Source of the DNA: a virus
DNA: 64,000 nucleotides
Virus record (IMG/VR): IMGVR_UViG_3300023313_000004
Coordinates: 1 to 64,000 of that record
Direction: 5' to 3' (one strand)
In this document: positions 25,445 through 34,139 of the stretch, piece after piece
Layout of the letters: each line of letters starts with the position of its first letter
Numbering within the stretch: position 1 is the stretch's first letter
Translations under genes and position numbers: made by a program
Notes under the pieces: generated by a model
Database searches by the model: none
What the model saw: only the letters and a program-made list of their open reading frames with translations
What the model was told of the DNA's origin: nothing

Positions 25445-25825
25445 TCATTCTTCCTCCGCTGGGGACTCAAAATCCTCATTTATGTAATCGTCACCAAATC
25501 TCTCTACTTGTCTGGCTCTTAAATTATCTGGGTCGTAGTCTGCCAATAAAAAAGTGGCGTGGGGTATTAACGCCTTAATAAAGTTACGCTGTGCCTTCTT
25601 AGGGGTTATAGCAGCAATGCACACACTTACCCCTTGTTCTGACAGTAGTGCTGCGACTCCTGCCAGTGTTCTTACATTAGTGTCTCTAGCTTCTGCACTT
25701 AATGACCAATTTTTAGACCTAACCCTTACGGCGTGGGAGTCTAACTTAACCCCTTGGAATTGATTAAGTATCTTTGTTTTTCCTGAGCATGGAGGGCCAT
25801 AAACCCAAACGACTTTGCCTTTCAT
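25445..25825 (-). CDS. adenylyl-sulfate (APS) kinase-like P-loop kinase, shortened
   Basis: VVWVYGPPCSGKT, LD...VR, S...R..NVR....VA.LL..QGV.V..A.ITP...R as in CysC; C-terminal part shorter. Confidence 0.65.
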   Translation of the reverse strand: MKGKVVWVYGPPCSGKTKILNQFQGVKLDSHAVRVRSKNWSLSAEARDTNVRTLAGVAALLSEQGVSVCIAAITPKKAQRNFIKALIPHATFLLADYDPDNLRARQVERFGDDYINEDFESPAEEE

Positions 25826-26400
25826 ACCAACACCTCTCTCTTTATACTATCTGCTATTACCTTAATTTTAGCTAGGTAATGTGTTAAGCCTTTACTATTT
25901 ATAACCCTTACTGTCTTATACTTGTCTGGGTACCCCTTCTCTGAGGCGTGTTCCTCCCCCCCTGTAGTAGTAAAGGGGTTATTGGGGCGAATGACATGGA
26001 TTATTATGCCTCCAGTAGCCCTTACCCACGCTGCCTCATCCTCAAACCTGCAATCACTAAGTACAACATACTTACTCCCAGCAGCCCCAGCAGCCTCTAT
26101 CGCCAGCTTTGCTCGTAATACCCAGAAATCACCCCCGAAAGTGCCCCTAATAGCTTCTGTCCCAAACTTCTGAAGCATATCCCTATGGGTTAGTCCCCAC
26201 TTAGGGCTCATAGCGGCTTTCCCTTCCTGTGTGTGGAAGGTACTAACGTCCACTCCAAATAAAATAGCTGCTGCCTTCTTTAGGGGGTCTGCAAAGGCTA
26301 TCTCTGTTGCATGTAGTGCTGTTACTAGCTCTGAAGCCATAGTGGACTTACCAGAGCCCATAGCACCAGATATAGCTATAATTTTAGGTTTAGTCTGCAT
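25822..26400 (-). CDS. deoxynucleoside monophosphate kinase
   Basis: ISGAMGSGKST, FADPLK, R..LQ.FGTE, SDCRF.DE, H.SE. Confidence 0.88.
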   Translation of the reverse strand: MQTKPKIIAISGAMGSGKSTMASELVTALHATEIAFADPLKKAAAILFGVDVSTFHTQEGKAAMSPKWGLTHRDMLQKFGTEAIRGTFGGDFWVLRAKLAIEAAGAAGSKYVVLSDCRFEDEAAWVRATGGIIIHVIRPNNPFTTTGGEEHASEKGYPDKYKTVRVINSKGLTHYLAKIKVIADSIKREVLV

Positions 26401-27643
26401 TCAAATCTCCAAAATCTTCTTCTTTCCACTCAGAAAAATCCATATTGCTGAAGTCCCAGTTTATCTTAAACGTGCCTTGTTCACCACTCCTTCCTTTTAG
26501 TACACTAACCTCTCTTGATTGGAGGGTTTCCACTGTGTCACTTTGTAACATCCCTAGGACAATACTGGACAGCTGCCCTATAGCATCTGACCCTGCGATA
26601 TGTTCTAGCCCAGTGCTATCCCCCGTAGAAGTTTTTACTTTTGTGGCTTCCCTGTTTAGTTGGTACGATAAACATGCAGGTATATCTAATTCCGTGGCTA
26701 GGTTCTTAAATAACTCGCAGTTTGCCTCTATCCTTGCAGGCTTAGATAAGTAGGTGTCCTTATGCCTAACTAAGTACGCCCCATCAATAAATAAAACGTC
26801 AGGTGTTAGCTGCTGGGATAGCATCCATATATCTTCAGCTGTTGAGCTGAGTGCCCCATCAATAACATAAAAGGGTACATTAGACTCTTTTACTTCCATC
26901 ATGGCATGAAAAAAGTCTTTATAGTCTTGGGTGATAAACCCTGCTTTCATTAAGTGCGTTAGGTTTTTGCGAGTGTACATGGCAGCTAGTCGTTGAAAAA
27001 TCACCAAGGGCTTCATCTCCATAGACACGAACACTACCGCCTTACCATGCTTCTTCCACGCATTTAGAGCGACAAACAACAGTAGGAATGTCTTTCCCAT
27101 AGCAGGGCGACCAACTATAGAGAGTACATCTCCTCCACCAATACCCCCTGTCATATCATCTAGGAACTCCCACCCAAAAGTTAGGGCATAGTCATCCCCC
27201 TCCATAATGGTCTGTTTGTATGTACCAAGTAGAGACTCTCTTGCCTCCCTAAAATCCATAATTTTACTACCATGGTTTACCCTTACTAACGCCATCACGT
27301 CTGCCATGAGAGAATCTAATGCCTTCTCTGGGTTCATATCCCTGAGGGATGTGCTAGCGGATACCACTGCCCTCTTTAGCATACCATGTAGGTGTTTCTT
27401 CTTAACCGCATCCTCGTAGTACTTTAGGGGTTCTGCAGGGGCACTAACTTGCAGCCCGAACTTATGCTCCACCGTCTCTACCGCAGGGATAGTGCCGTAT
27501 TTGGTGACGTGGGTGTGGATGTAATCGTACACCTCTGCCTCATTGGCACCCAAATAAGATGCATCAACATCAAGGTGTGCAAAGGGGGCTACCTTAGCCC
27601 CGATAAGGACACTGTGTATTAAACTCATTCCTGCACTACTCAA
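26390..27643 (-). CDS. dnaB: replicative DNA helicase, DnaB family
   Basis: GRPAMGKT, SMEM, FIDG.YL, QLNR, SDAIGQ, KGR.G. Confidence 0.9.
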   Translation of the reverse strand: MSSAGMSLIHSVLIGAKVAPFAHLDVDASYLGANEAEVYDYIHTHVTKYGTIPAVETVEHKFGLQVSAPAEPLKYYEDAVKKKHLHGMLKRAVVSASTSLRDMNPEKALDSLMADVMALVRVNHGSKIMDFREARESLLGTYKQTIMEGDDYALTFGWEFLDDMTGGIGGGDVLSIVGRPAMGKTFLLLFVALNAWKKHGKAVVFVSMEMKPLVIFQRLAAMYTRKNLTHLMKAGFITQDYKDFFHAMMEVKESNVPFYVIDGALSSTAEDIWMLSQQLTPDVLFIDGAYLVRHKDTYLSKPARIEANCELFKNLATELDIPACLSYQLNREATKVKTSTGDSTGLEHIAGSDAIGQLSSIVLGMLQSDTVETLQSREVSVLKGRSGEQGTFKINWDFSNMDFSEWKEEDFGDLNAD

Positions 27644-27657
27644 AATAACACCTCCTC

Positions 27658-28242
27658 TTAATCAATTATGTTCTTAAAATGGTTGGTAATATGGCTCTTA
27701 AAAGGTGCTCCGTAATCATCAGATAGTGCTCGCATATCCTCTACATATATCACGGTCTGCTGCCCTTTAGCATACCTACTGTACAGCATCCCTAAAATAA
27801 GGGACGTTTGCCAGTCTGGAACTCTCCCCCCAGAGGACTGCCTGTAAAAGAAGTTAGGTATAAGTAACACTGTGGCATCGACTGTGCCTCCCTTCTTATA
27901 CACCTCTATAACCTCTTGTATGGTGAATACCTGTGCTCGAACAAAGTTACGAAGGAAGCAGCCTGCTAAAGCAAACATCTTAACCCCTACATCTCCACAT
28001 GCACCAGAGTAAACCAATCCCCCGTTCTCGGAGAGGGGGAGCTTCCTTAGTGCCCGAACCCAGCACCTCTCCTCCTCACCACAAAAATCCGATAGCTTAG
28101 TGTACACCATCTGCTTAGGGATATGGGCATCAGTAACGATACTCTCCAACTCTCCTACCAGCCTAGCATGTTTAGTGGGGTCTAGTACCCCAGAGGAGTA
28201 GCACTCCTTATACCGCAAGACGTGGGCATCAATATCATCCAT
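27658..28242 (-). CDS. putative degenerate DnaC/IstB-like helicase loader
   Basis: lies between initiator and DnaB; GLVYSG, VLLI and LYSRY...QTVI pattern of a DnaC-like fold without intact Walker motifs. Confidence 0.45.
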   Translation of the reverse strand: MDDIDAHVLRYKECYSSGVLDPTKHARLVGELESIVTDAHIPKQMVYTKLSDFCGEEERCWVRALRKLPLSENGGLVYSGACGDVGVKMFALAGCFLRNFVRAQVFTIQEVIEVYKKGGTVDATVLLIPNFFYRQSSGGRVPDWQTSLILGMLYSRYAKGQQTVIYVEDMRALSDDYGAPFKSHITNHFKNIID

Positions 28243-29299
28243 GTGTGTCTCCTTGTAATTCAAGTTCTATTGCTTCCATCTCTGCTAAAGTCACTTTCTT
28301 AGCCAAGTTACTGCTACTAATGCTAACGGAGGGGGAAGAAGGCTTAGGATTTAGGGTACCCAAGGACACTGAAGGGGTATAGAGGCTCTGCTTAAAGAAT
28401 TGGGGGATGTAGTCTACACTAACCAACATAAAACCTAACTGTGGCTGTTTAGGGGGGTTATGCCCTCCAGACTTAGACTTAACAAAGTAAGAGAACGAAT
28501 CCCAGTTTAGCAAAGCATACTGGTAAGCCTCTGAGTTCTCAGCCCCCAATTTGGAGATAAGGTGCTTAAATTGCCCAATACTCTTAGAAGTTAGGGGTAA
28601 AGGGGTCATATCGTACTCCTGCCTACAAGTTTCTAACCAGAATTTAGACACATTATTGTACGAAAAATCCCCTAGTAGGGAAGGTTTTGCCTTCTCTAGG
28701 GAAATATCTAAAATATCAGTAACAGTAACAGAAGCCTTTATATACTTAGGTTTCTTCCCTGATTTTAGGGTTGTCCCTAGAGGTTTGTCAGGGAAAGATT
28801 CATCTTTTCCTTGTATTCTCTTGGTAGTCTCTGTAGAAGTATAATGGTTGCATAGTGCCATTTTGGCATTATGCATAGTGCCATTTTGGCACTTTGGGAT
28901 AGTGCCATTTTGGCACTTTGGGAAATATTCCCCTTTCTCCTCTTTTTCCTGTTCTACAGCCCAGTCCTCTACAGCCTTATTTAGGGTGATTTTCTCTAGG
29001 CAATACCACTTTGTTCTATCCGTATTCATCCTATTGTATTTTGAGGTGCTTAGTATTACCCCTGCCTCCTCTAGCTCCTTCATATCCCTCTTAAGGGTTC
29101 TTTCTGAATAGAAGGGTAACTGCTCTATCCATGCAGGGTATGTATTCCACACCCACGAGATACCATCCCTGATATTCTTTTGGTATTTAGCCCAGTACTG
29201 TATTTGTTGTATGAGTATCGCTTTCTTTAGTCCAAATACCTTTATTAGGGTAGGTTGTACTACTAAAGGGGACTCCTCTATTAAGTATTTCATGTTCAC
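28235..29299 (-). CDS. phage replication initiator (winged-helix) with internal iterons
   Basis: GL..AILIQQIQYW, WVWNT...W..QLPF.SERT..R....LE..G.I, N....DRTKWY. Confidence 0.85.
   Translation of the reverse strand: MNMKYLIEESPLVVQPTLIKVFGLKKAILIQQIQYWAKYQKNIRDGISWVWNTYPAWIEQLPFYSERTLKRDMKELEEAGVILSTSKYNRMNTDRTKWYCLEKITLNKAVEDWAVEQEKEEKGEYFPKCQNGTIPKCQNGTMHNAKMALCNHYTSTETTKRIQGKDESFPDKPLGTTLKSGKKPKYIKASVTVTDILDISLEKAKPSLLGDFSYNNVSKFWLETCRQEYDMTPLPLTSKSIGQFKHLISKLGAENSEAYQYALLNWDSFSYFVKSKSGGHNPPKQPQLGFMLVSVDYIPQFFKQSLYTPSVSLGTLNPKPSSPSVSISSSNLAKKVTLAEMEAIELELQGDTHG
28851..28922. repeat. iterons, putative replication origin
   Basis: three copies of ATAGTGCCATTTTGGCA spaced 23 and 24 bp inside the initiator gene. 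Confidence 0.75.
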
Positions 29300-29514
29300 C
29301 CCCTCCCATAATAGGGTAGCCCTGCTATGAAACCCCCCAATGTCGCCTTAGTAGTACTAGGTATCTCTTTTTTCTTTTGTGGTCTTAGGGTTGCCCTGAG
29401 CCGTTGTACTGTTGTGGCACTACGACCTAGCTCTAGTCCTATCGCCTTATTGGACTCCCCTCTCGTGATACCCTCTGCCATAAGGGTTAGTTCCTCTTTA
29501 GTAACCCTACCCAT
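29296..29514 (-). CDS. small HTH protein
   Basis: GESNKAIGLELGRSATTV. Confidence 0.65.
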   Translation of the reverse strand: MGRVTKEELTLMAEGITRGESNKAIGLELGRSATTVQRLRATLRPQKKKEIPSTTKATLGGFIAGLPYYGRG

Positions 29515-30019
29515 TAGTAGTATCTCCCTGTAAGCTACCCAACACCCCTAGCCTTTCTTTACTAGAAGTGCCCCACAAGTAGTCCTCAGCAACCCCCAGT
29601 ACCATCTCTTTGAGTTCCTCTGTCTTCCTCTTCACCTCTTGCAGCCCAAGGATTGAGTCTAGTTCAAATAATAGTTGGTCTACAATACTGGAGGCACTCT
29701 TTATAGCACTTCCAAACTCTACTCTCTCTGATAATAGTATTGCGGACACCTCCATACTTAAATAACCTACCCCCATGTAGTCATAAAGGATTGGTAATGT
29801 TTTTCTCGCGTAGTCCTTATCTACTTCCCCTCCTACTCCTGCTACAGTAAGAACAAAAACTATACGCAATAACTTACTGTCCTTAGGGTATGCAGATACT
29901 CTTGCTGATACCTGCATCTTACTATCAACATACACCAATACTTCCTCTGCCGTCTTGCTCATACTTAACTCTCCCTTTGTTCCCATACACCCCTTTAAAC
30001 TGCCCGTTACTTCATACAT
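29507..30019 (-). CDS. hypothetical protein
   Basis: ORF in the operon, start uncertain. Confidence 0.55.
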   Translation of the reverse strand: MYEVTGSLKGCMGTKGELSMSKTAEEVLVYVDSKMQVSARVSAYPKDSKLLRIVFVLTVAGVGGEVDKDYARKTLPILYDYMGVGYLSMEVSAILLSERVEFGSAIKSASSIVDQLLFELDSILGLQEVKRKTEELKEMVLGVAEDYLWGTSSKERLGVLGSLQGDTTNG

Positions 30020-30157
30020 ACGAATACCCCTCTCTCATAGCATCCAATCTAGGGCATAAATATATAACCCTAAGGCTAGGTATCCTGCCGCTGCGTTGCG
30101 TATGTTGTACCAATGTAGTTCCATATATCTCTCCTATCTATTTATGCACTTAAGGGC

Positions 30158-30186
30158 ACAGTACCCTCTTTTCTTTCACTTGTCAA
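30158..30186 (-). promoter_or_regulatory. sigma70-type promoter of the replication operon, next to an operator-like motif
   Basis: TTGACA-N17-TACTGT; TATGCACTTAAG at 30143-30154 near the predicted start site. Confidence 0.6.
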
Positions 30187-31330
30187 CTAGCAACTCTCTT
30201 TTTACACAGACCAAACAATGCTGCACTACTTCTGCAGGGGTGTACCACCCTTTGTGTTCTTCTGGGGGGAATATAGGGGCAACAGGCGTGTCTAAGCACA
30301 AGGAGGTGATGTACTCCTCCGCAAAGAGTATAGCCTCTGCACGGGGCATCCCTGCAAAGGTGATAATCGTGTCTACTCGTCCTGCCCTGTATAGCTCTAG
30401 GGGCAAGGCCTTTACGTCATTAGTTGTCATAATCGTCAGGACTCTAGTGGTGTGTTCTTGTAGCCACCATAGGATATGGGATAGGAGTCTATATTGAACC
30501 CCATCATCGTCCTTGTTATTAAATATCTTTTCTACTTCGTCAATGAGCATTATGCAGGGAGCTTCGTTATCTACTTGGTTAAGTGCTTTTGTTAAGTTAC
30601 CCTCACTCTCCCCTACATATTTGCCCATAAGACCCCCTATATCCAATCTGTATAGGGGTATATTTAGCTCGTTCGCTAAGTGCTTAGCACCTAGAGTTTT
30701 ACCTGTCCCTGCATCCCCACCAAATAAAAGTCCTCTAGGGGTAAGGGCGGCATGGGGGCTATCTAAAAAGAAAGGTGCTTCTTCCATAACCCATTTCTGT
30801 ACAGTCACCTGAGGCGCATAGAAGGGGGTGGTAGTATCTACTTGGGTAAGTCCTCTTGTAGTTGGGGTATAGAGCCTTCTAGTCTTAGCCACCCCTGTAG
30901 CAGTAAGGCTACCATCCCTAGACATAGTAAGCCTAGCCACTTCCCCCACATCCTTTAAAGTTAATCCACCCATAAAAGGAAGGATACCATTGACGGAGGA
31001 GTCGTCTGGCAATACTGAGCGCAGGAGCTGACCTACCATAGTCTTGGGGGTAGGGATAACCCCTGCATCATAGGCAGAGATATTATGCCCCTCTGGGTTT
31101 ATAATTATTAGAACACACTCTTTTTCTACCAGCAAACTATACAGTCTTTCTGGTGAGGGTTTACTCATATACCCAATGCAGTACGTAAACTCATGGGCTG
31201 TGGGGCTGGAGGGGGTGAACGGAACAAAATCTTTTCCTGTTACATGAGATAACACCTCAACCACATTAACTAGGTCTGTGGTGCTAACTTCTATAAGAGG
31301 GATACCTGATTCTACAACTAACTTAAGCAT
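30176..31330 (-). CDS. AAA+ ATPase (Ycf46-like)
   Basis: GDAGTGKT, KYVGESE, IDEVEK, TTN...LP.ELYRAGRVD; AAGGAG RBS before ATG 31330. Confidence 0.85.
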   Translation of the reverse strand: MLKLVVESGIPLIEVSTTDLVNVVEVLSHVTGKDFVPFTPSSPTAHEFTYCIGYMSKPSPERLYSLLVEKECVLIIINPEGHNISAYDAGVIPTPKTMVGQLLRSVLPDDSSVNGILPFMGGLTLKDVGEVARLTMSRDGSLTATGVAKTRRLYTPTTRGLTQVDTTTPFYAPQVTVQKWVMEEAPFFLDSPHAALTPRGLLFGGDAGTGKTLGAKHLANELNIPLYRLDIGGLMGKYVGESEGNLTKALNQVDNEAPCIMLIDEVEKIFNNKDDDGVQYRLLSHILWWLQEHTTRVLTIMTTNDVKALPLELYRAGRVDTIITFAGMPRAEAILFAEEYITSLCLDTPVAPIFPPEEHKGWYTPAEVVQHCLVCVKRELLVDK

Positions 31331-31361
31331 ATACTGACTCCTTGTATTGACACTGGGAATC

Positions 31362-31390
31362 AGTCTACACCTCTTTATTTCATTTGTCAA
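31362..31390 (-). promoter_or_regulatory. sigma70-type promoter
   Basis: TTGACA-N17-TAGACT. Confidence 0.65.
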
Positions 31391-31398
31391 CGGAGGGG

Positions 31399-31839
31399 CT
31401 ACTTTATAAGTAGGAGTATCCCTAGTAGCACCTCTAAGGCTGTATGCTTAATGTCATTTATCTCTGCCCATTTACGCTCCTCTGCTAGGGCATCTCGCAG
31501 CCTCTCCGCAGCTCTCAAAGTAGCTCTATCCGCCACTTCTATATTTTTCATCGCGTCCCTTAACAGGCGTAGCTGTCTAGCCTTATCGGATAATGCCTTA
31601 TCTAGGGCAGTAACGGTAAGCCTATCTAACTTGTGCTGCTCGTGCCGTAGGGACACGGATGAAGGGGTTAGGTCAGGCATACTAACTAGGGGGGCTAACC
31701 TAGTTTCAGTGTATGGGGCTATAGCAATAGCATCTGCCAGATAGGGTTGTGCATCTATAGCCTCTAACCTATCTATCAAAGTATTGTTAGCACAGCCGCC
31801 CAATAAGAGCAGCACCACGACCAACCACCTATTATTCAT
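31399..31839 (-). CDS. lipoprotein, spanin-like
   Basis: lipobox LLLGGC, coiled coil, C-terminal hydrophobic segment; lysis module. Confidence 0.55.
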   Translation of the reverse strand: MNNRWLVVVLLLLGGCANNTLIDRLEAIDAQPYLADAIAIAPYTETRLAPLVSMPDLTPSSVSLRHEQHKLDRLTVTALDKALSDKARQLRLLRDAMKNIEVADRATLRAAERLRDALAEERKWAEINDIKHTALEVLLGILLLIK

Positions 31840-32191
31840 TATTTAAGTACGCCAGTAGTTCTTTGGTGGTTCTCTTAGGGTACTTTCGTAAATGTACTCG
31901 TGCTGCCCTTTGTTGTAGGGCCACCGCCTCTTTTTTATGTTCTTCTGATAACGTACCTGCAGTTACGGATTCCCGTACACTGGTCTGTGCCGCAGCCATC
32001 GCTGTAGCTCGTAGTATATCTTCTTCCATATCTATCGCAGCAGCCCTAGAGGCAAAGCTTTCTTTAGCCGCAGAGAACTTAGCCCTACCTAGGAGTGCAA
32101 AAAGCAATACTACTACTGCTCCTGCCAGTAACCCTGTGTGCGCTTTAATAAAGGCCCACCCTTCTAATAACATATAATTGACTTTATTCAT
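31832..32191 (-). CDS. membrane-anchored coiled-coil protein, i-spanin-like
   Basis: N-terminal TM plus Ala-rich helix. Confidence 0.5.
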   Translation of the reverse strand: MNKVNYMLLEGWAFIKAHTGLLAGAVVVLLFALLGRAKFSAAKESFASRAAAIDMEEDILRATAMAAAQTSVRESVTAGTLSEEHKKEAVALQQRAARVHLRKYPKRTTKELLAYLNNE

Positions 32192-32498
32192 TTAGTATCT
32201 CCTCCTTCCTTTTCTCATGTATTACTATTTCATCAGTAATATCATCTAAATCATCTCGGAGGGAGTTTTGCTCCTCCCTATCCTCGGCTCTACGCAAGGC
32301 TCTTTTAATTTCTCGTTTTTCTTTATTATAGGAGTTTATCTCCATCTGGATTATGGAGGCTTTTACTTGCCTCATATCCGCAGCCTCTGCAAAAGTTGCT
32401 TGCATCCAGAAAACAGAACCTACTAACGCACTAGCCACCCCTACTACACCCATAATAACCCCCATGTACACTCTTAGTTTCTCCGCGAAAGAAGGCAC
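32184..32498 (-). CDS. membrane protein in the lysis module
   Basis: N-terminal TM plus charged coiled coil. Confidence 0.55.
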   Translation of the reverse strand: MPSFAEKLRVYMGVIMGVVGVASALVGSVFWMQATFAEAADMRQVKASIIQMEINSYNKEKREIKRALRRAEDREEQNSLRDDLDDITDEIVIHEKRKEEILNE

Positions 32499-32749
32499 TA
32501 TTTACTCGTCTTAGCAGACATTTTTGATTCAATAACATTAAAACCAAAGTAGGCTACTACTATCCCAGAGAAGGATATATACATCCAATCAATGATACCC
32601 TCCGCAGCCGTAACCCTACTTACAGGGACGATAGAGGTGTCTACCAATACCATGATGGATATTATCACCTGCATAACTAAGGCAGTGTAGGACATTCTCC
32701 GTCTATGTTTCCACCTTTTACTCTCTAACTCTAACTCATCGGTACTCAT
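32498..32749 (-). CDS. putative holin (2 TM)
   Basis: RWKHRRRM then two TM segments, adjacent to the endolysin. Confidence 0.6.
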   Translation of the reverse strand: MSTDELELESKRWKHRRRMSYTALVMQVIISIMVLVDTSIVPVSRVTAAEGIIDWMYISFSGIVVAYFGFNVIESKMSAKTSK

Positions 32750-32777
32750 AGTTACTCTCCTATAGGGGGTTATTTAT

Positions 32778-33383
32778 TTACGCTAAGCTAGCAAGTATGC
32801 CTGCAGCCATGGCCTCTGCCAAATAAGAGTGCTTATTGGATAATAGCCACTCCTCACAAAAACCATTATTATCTATATACCCTATTTCTGGGATAAAGGC
32901 AGGGCAGTTAGTCTTCCTTAAGAAATAATCCGCTTGTTCTGGAGGGTTATTACCCCAGTACCACCCCTGCCTAGCACCTAAGTCCTCTAGCCCTATGTAC
33001 TCGGACATGCGATAAGACATCTCAGCAGCCTCTCCCCGCCTAATGTAAGCTAGGCTATCCTGCTGACCATAAGAACCATGAGGGCAGTACATAACCATAC
33101 AGCCATGACCCCTTGTGTCATCCCTATCCTCAGGGTCTAACCTATCGAAGTCAGCATTAAAGTGTACGTCCACAGCCATATCAAAAGAGCCAGCATTTAT
33201 AGTATTAACCTTTCTCCTCAGACCCCCACCAACCACTACGGGGGTATGCCCAAGTGCCTTTAGCAGGTCGAACAACACCCCTACTACTACACTAGCCTCA
33301 TCAAACTCATTTAAGGAGTACTTCTTATTAACTGCACCTTTTGCAGATTGCTTATGCCCAGCGCACAACGCTATTTTAGCCAT
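32778..33383 (-). CDS. endolysin, N-acetylmuramoyl-L-alanine amidase (Amidase_3)
   Basis: AGH...GA...E, VHFNA, FLRKT.CPA.I.EIGYIDN. Confidence 0.88.
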   Translation of the reverse strand: MAKIALCAGHKQSAKGAVNKKYSLNEFDEASVVVGVLFDLLKALGHTPVVVGGGLRRKVNTINAGSFDMAVDVHFNADFDRLDPEDRDDTRGHGCMVMYCPHGSYGQQDSLAYIRRGEAAEMSYRMSEYIGLEDLGARQGWYWGNNPPEQADYFLRKTNCPAFIPEIGYIDNNGFCEEWLLSNKHSYLAEAMAAGILASLA

Positions 33384-33852
33384 GATTATAACCCTTAGCC
33401 TCACCTACATATATCGGTTGGGGGTTTCCCATAACCGAAAGTATTGCCTTTGCCTTCAGCCTTTTAATCGGCGCGTAGGGGATATTAAGTTTTTTGGATA
33501 GCACTTCTAGTACCCACTCATGGCAGTACACTTTACTACTATCCTCTACCCCTGCTAGCCACCCAAAGACACCTAACCAATCATACTTCCTACCCATTTG
33601 GGCATTTACCCACCGCAGTACCTCTTCTTGGGTAGCAGCGGTATCAGGAGCACCCACATCATAAATGGCTACCTGCCTAGAGCCATAATCTGATAATCTC
33701 TTGCCAAACCACACATACCCTCGTACCTCAGAGGCATCATATATCTGACCACCCACTACTACTGCAGAGTGGGAGTAAGGACTCCTAGTTATAATAGATA
33801 TAAATATGGAGGCTAAGCTTGTGTAATCCGTGTTAAAAAATACTACTTTCAT
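33376..33852 (-). CDS. permuted papain-like NlpC/P60 (YiiX-like) protein
   Basis: T.SPYSH, G..YDW.G, YC.EWV. Confidence 0.75.
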   Translation of the reverse strand: MKVVFFNTDYTSLASIFISIITRSPYSHSAVVVGGQIYDASEVRGYVWFGKRLSDYGSRQVAIYDVGAPDTAATQEEVLRWVNAQMGRKYDWLGVFGWLAGVEDSSKVYCHEWVLEVLSKKLNIPYAPIKRLKAKAILSVMGNPQPIYVGEAKGYNHG

Positions 33853-33854
33853 AA

Positions 33855-34139
33855 TTACCTCCACGCCGCATAAACTTTGAGAGTAGTTACATCCCCCATA
33901 CCTGTCCACCCCGGCAGGGTTAAGTGCGCCTGTAGCTTATACTTTCCTGCTAGAGGTATATCAGCACTGCTAGTAATATGCTCAATAGTATTTTTATCTG
34001 CACCCACAACAGCAGGCCAAGAGGAGATTACCCCTAGTGGGTTCTTCACCTGTATAGTTATGGCGGATGCAAGGCTCATATCTGCACCCATATTCAATAT
34101 TACTCTTGTGCCATCGTCCCCTGCATATATTTTAGCCAT
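33855..34139 (-). CDS. small virion protein (BppU N-terminal-like Ig fold)
   Basis: IYAGD.GT...DMS.A...I.VK.P.G...W...G.Y.LQA. Confidence 0.55.
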   Translation of the reverse strand: MAKIYAGDDGTRVILNMGADMSLASAITIQVKNPLGVISSWPAVVGADKNTIEHITSSADIPLAGKYKLQAHLTLPGWTGMGDVTTLKVYAAWR

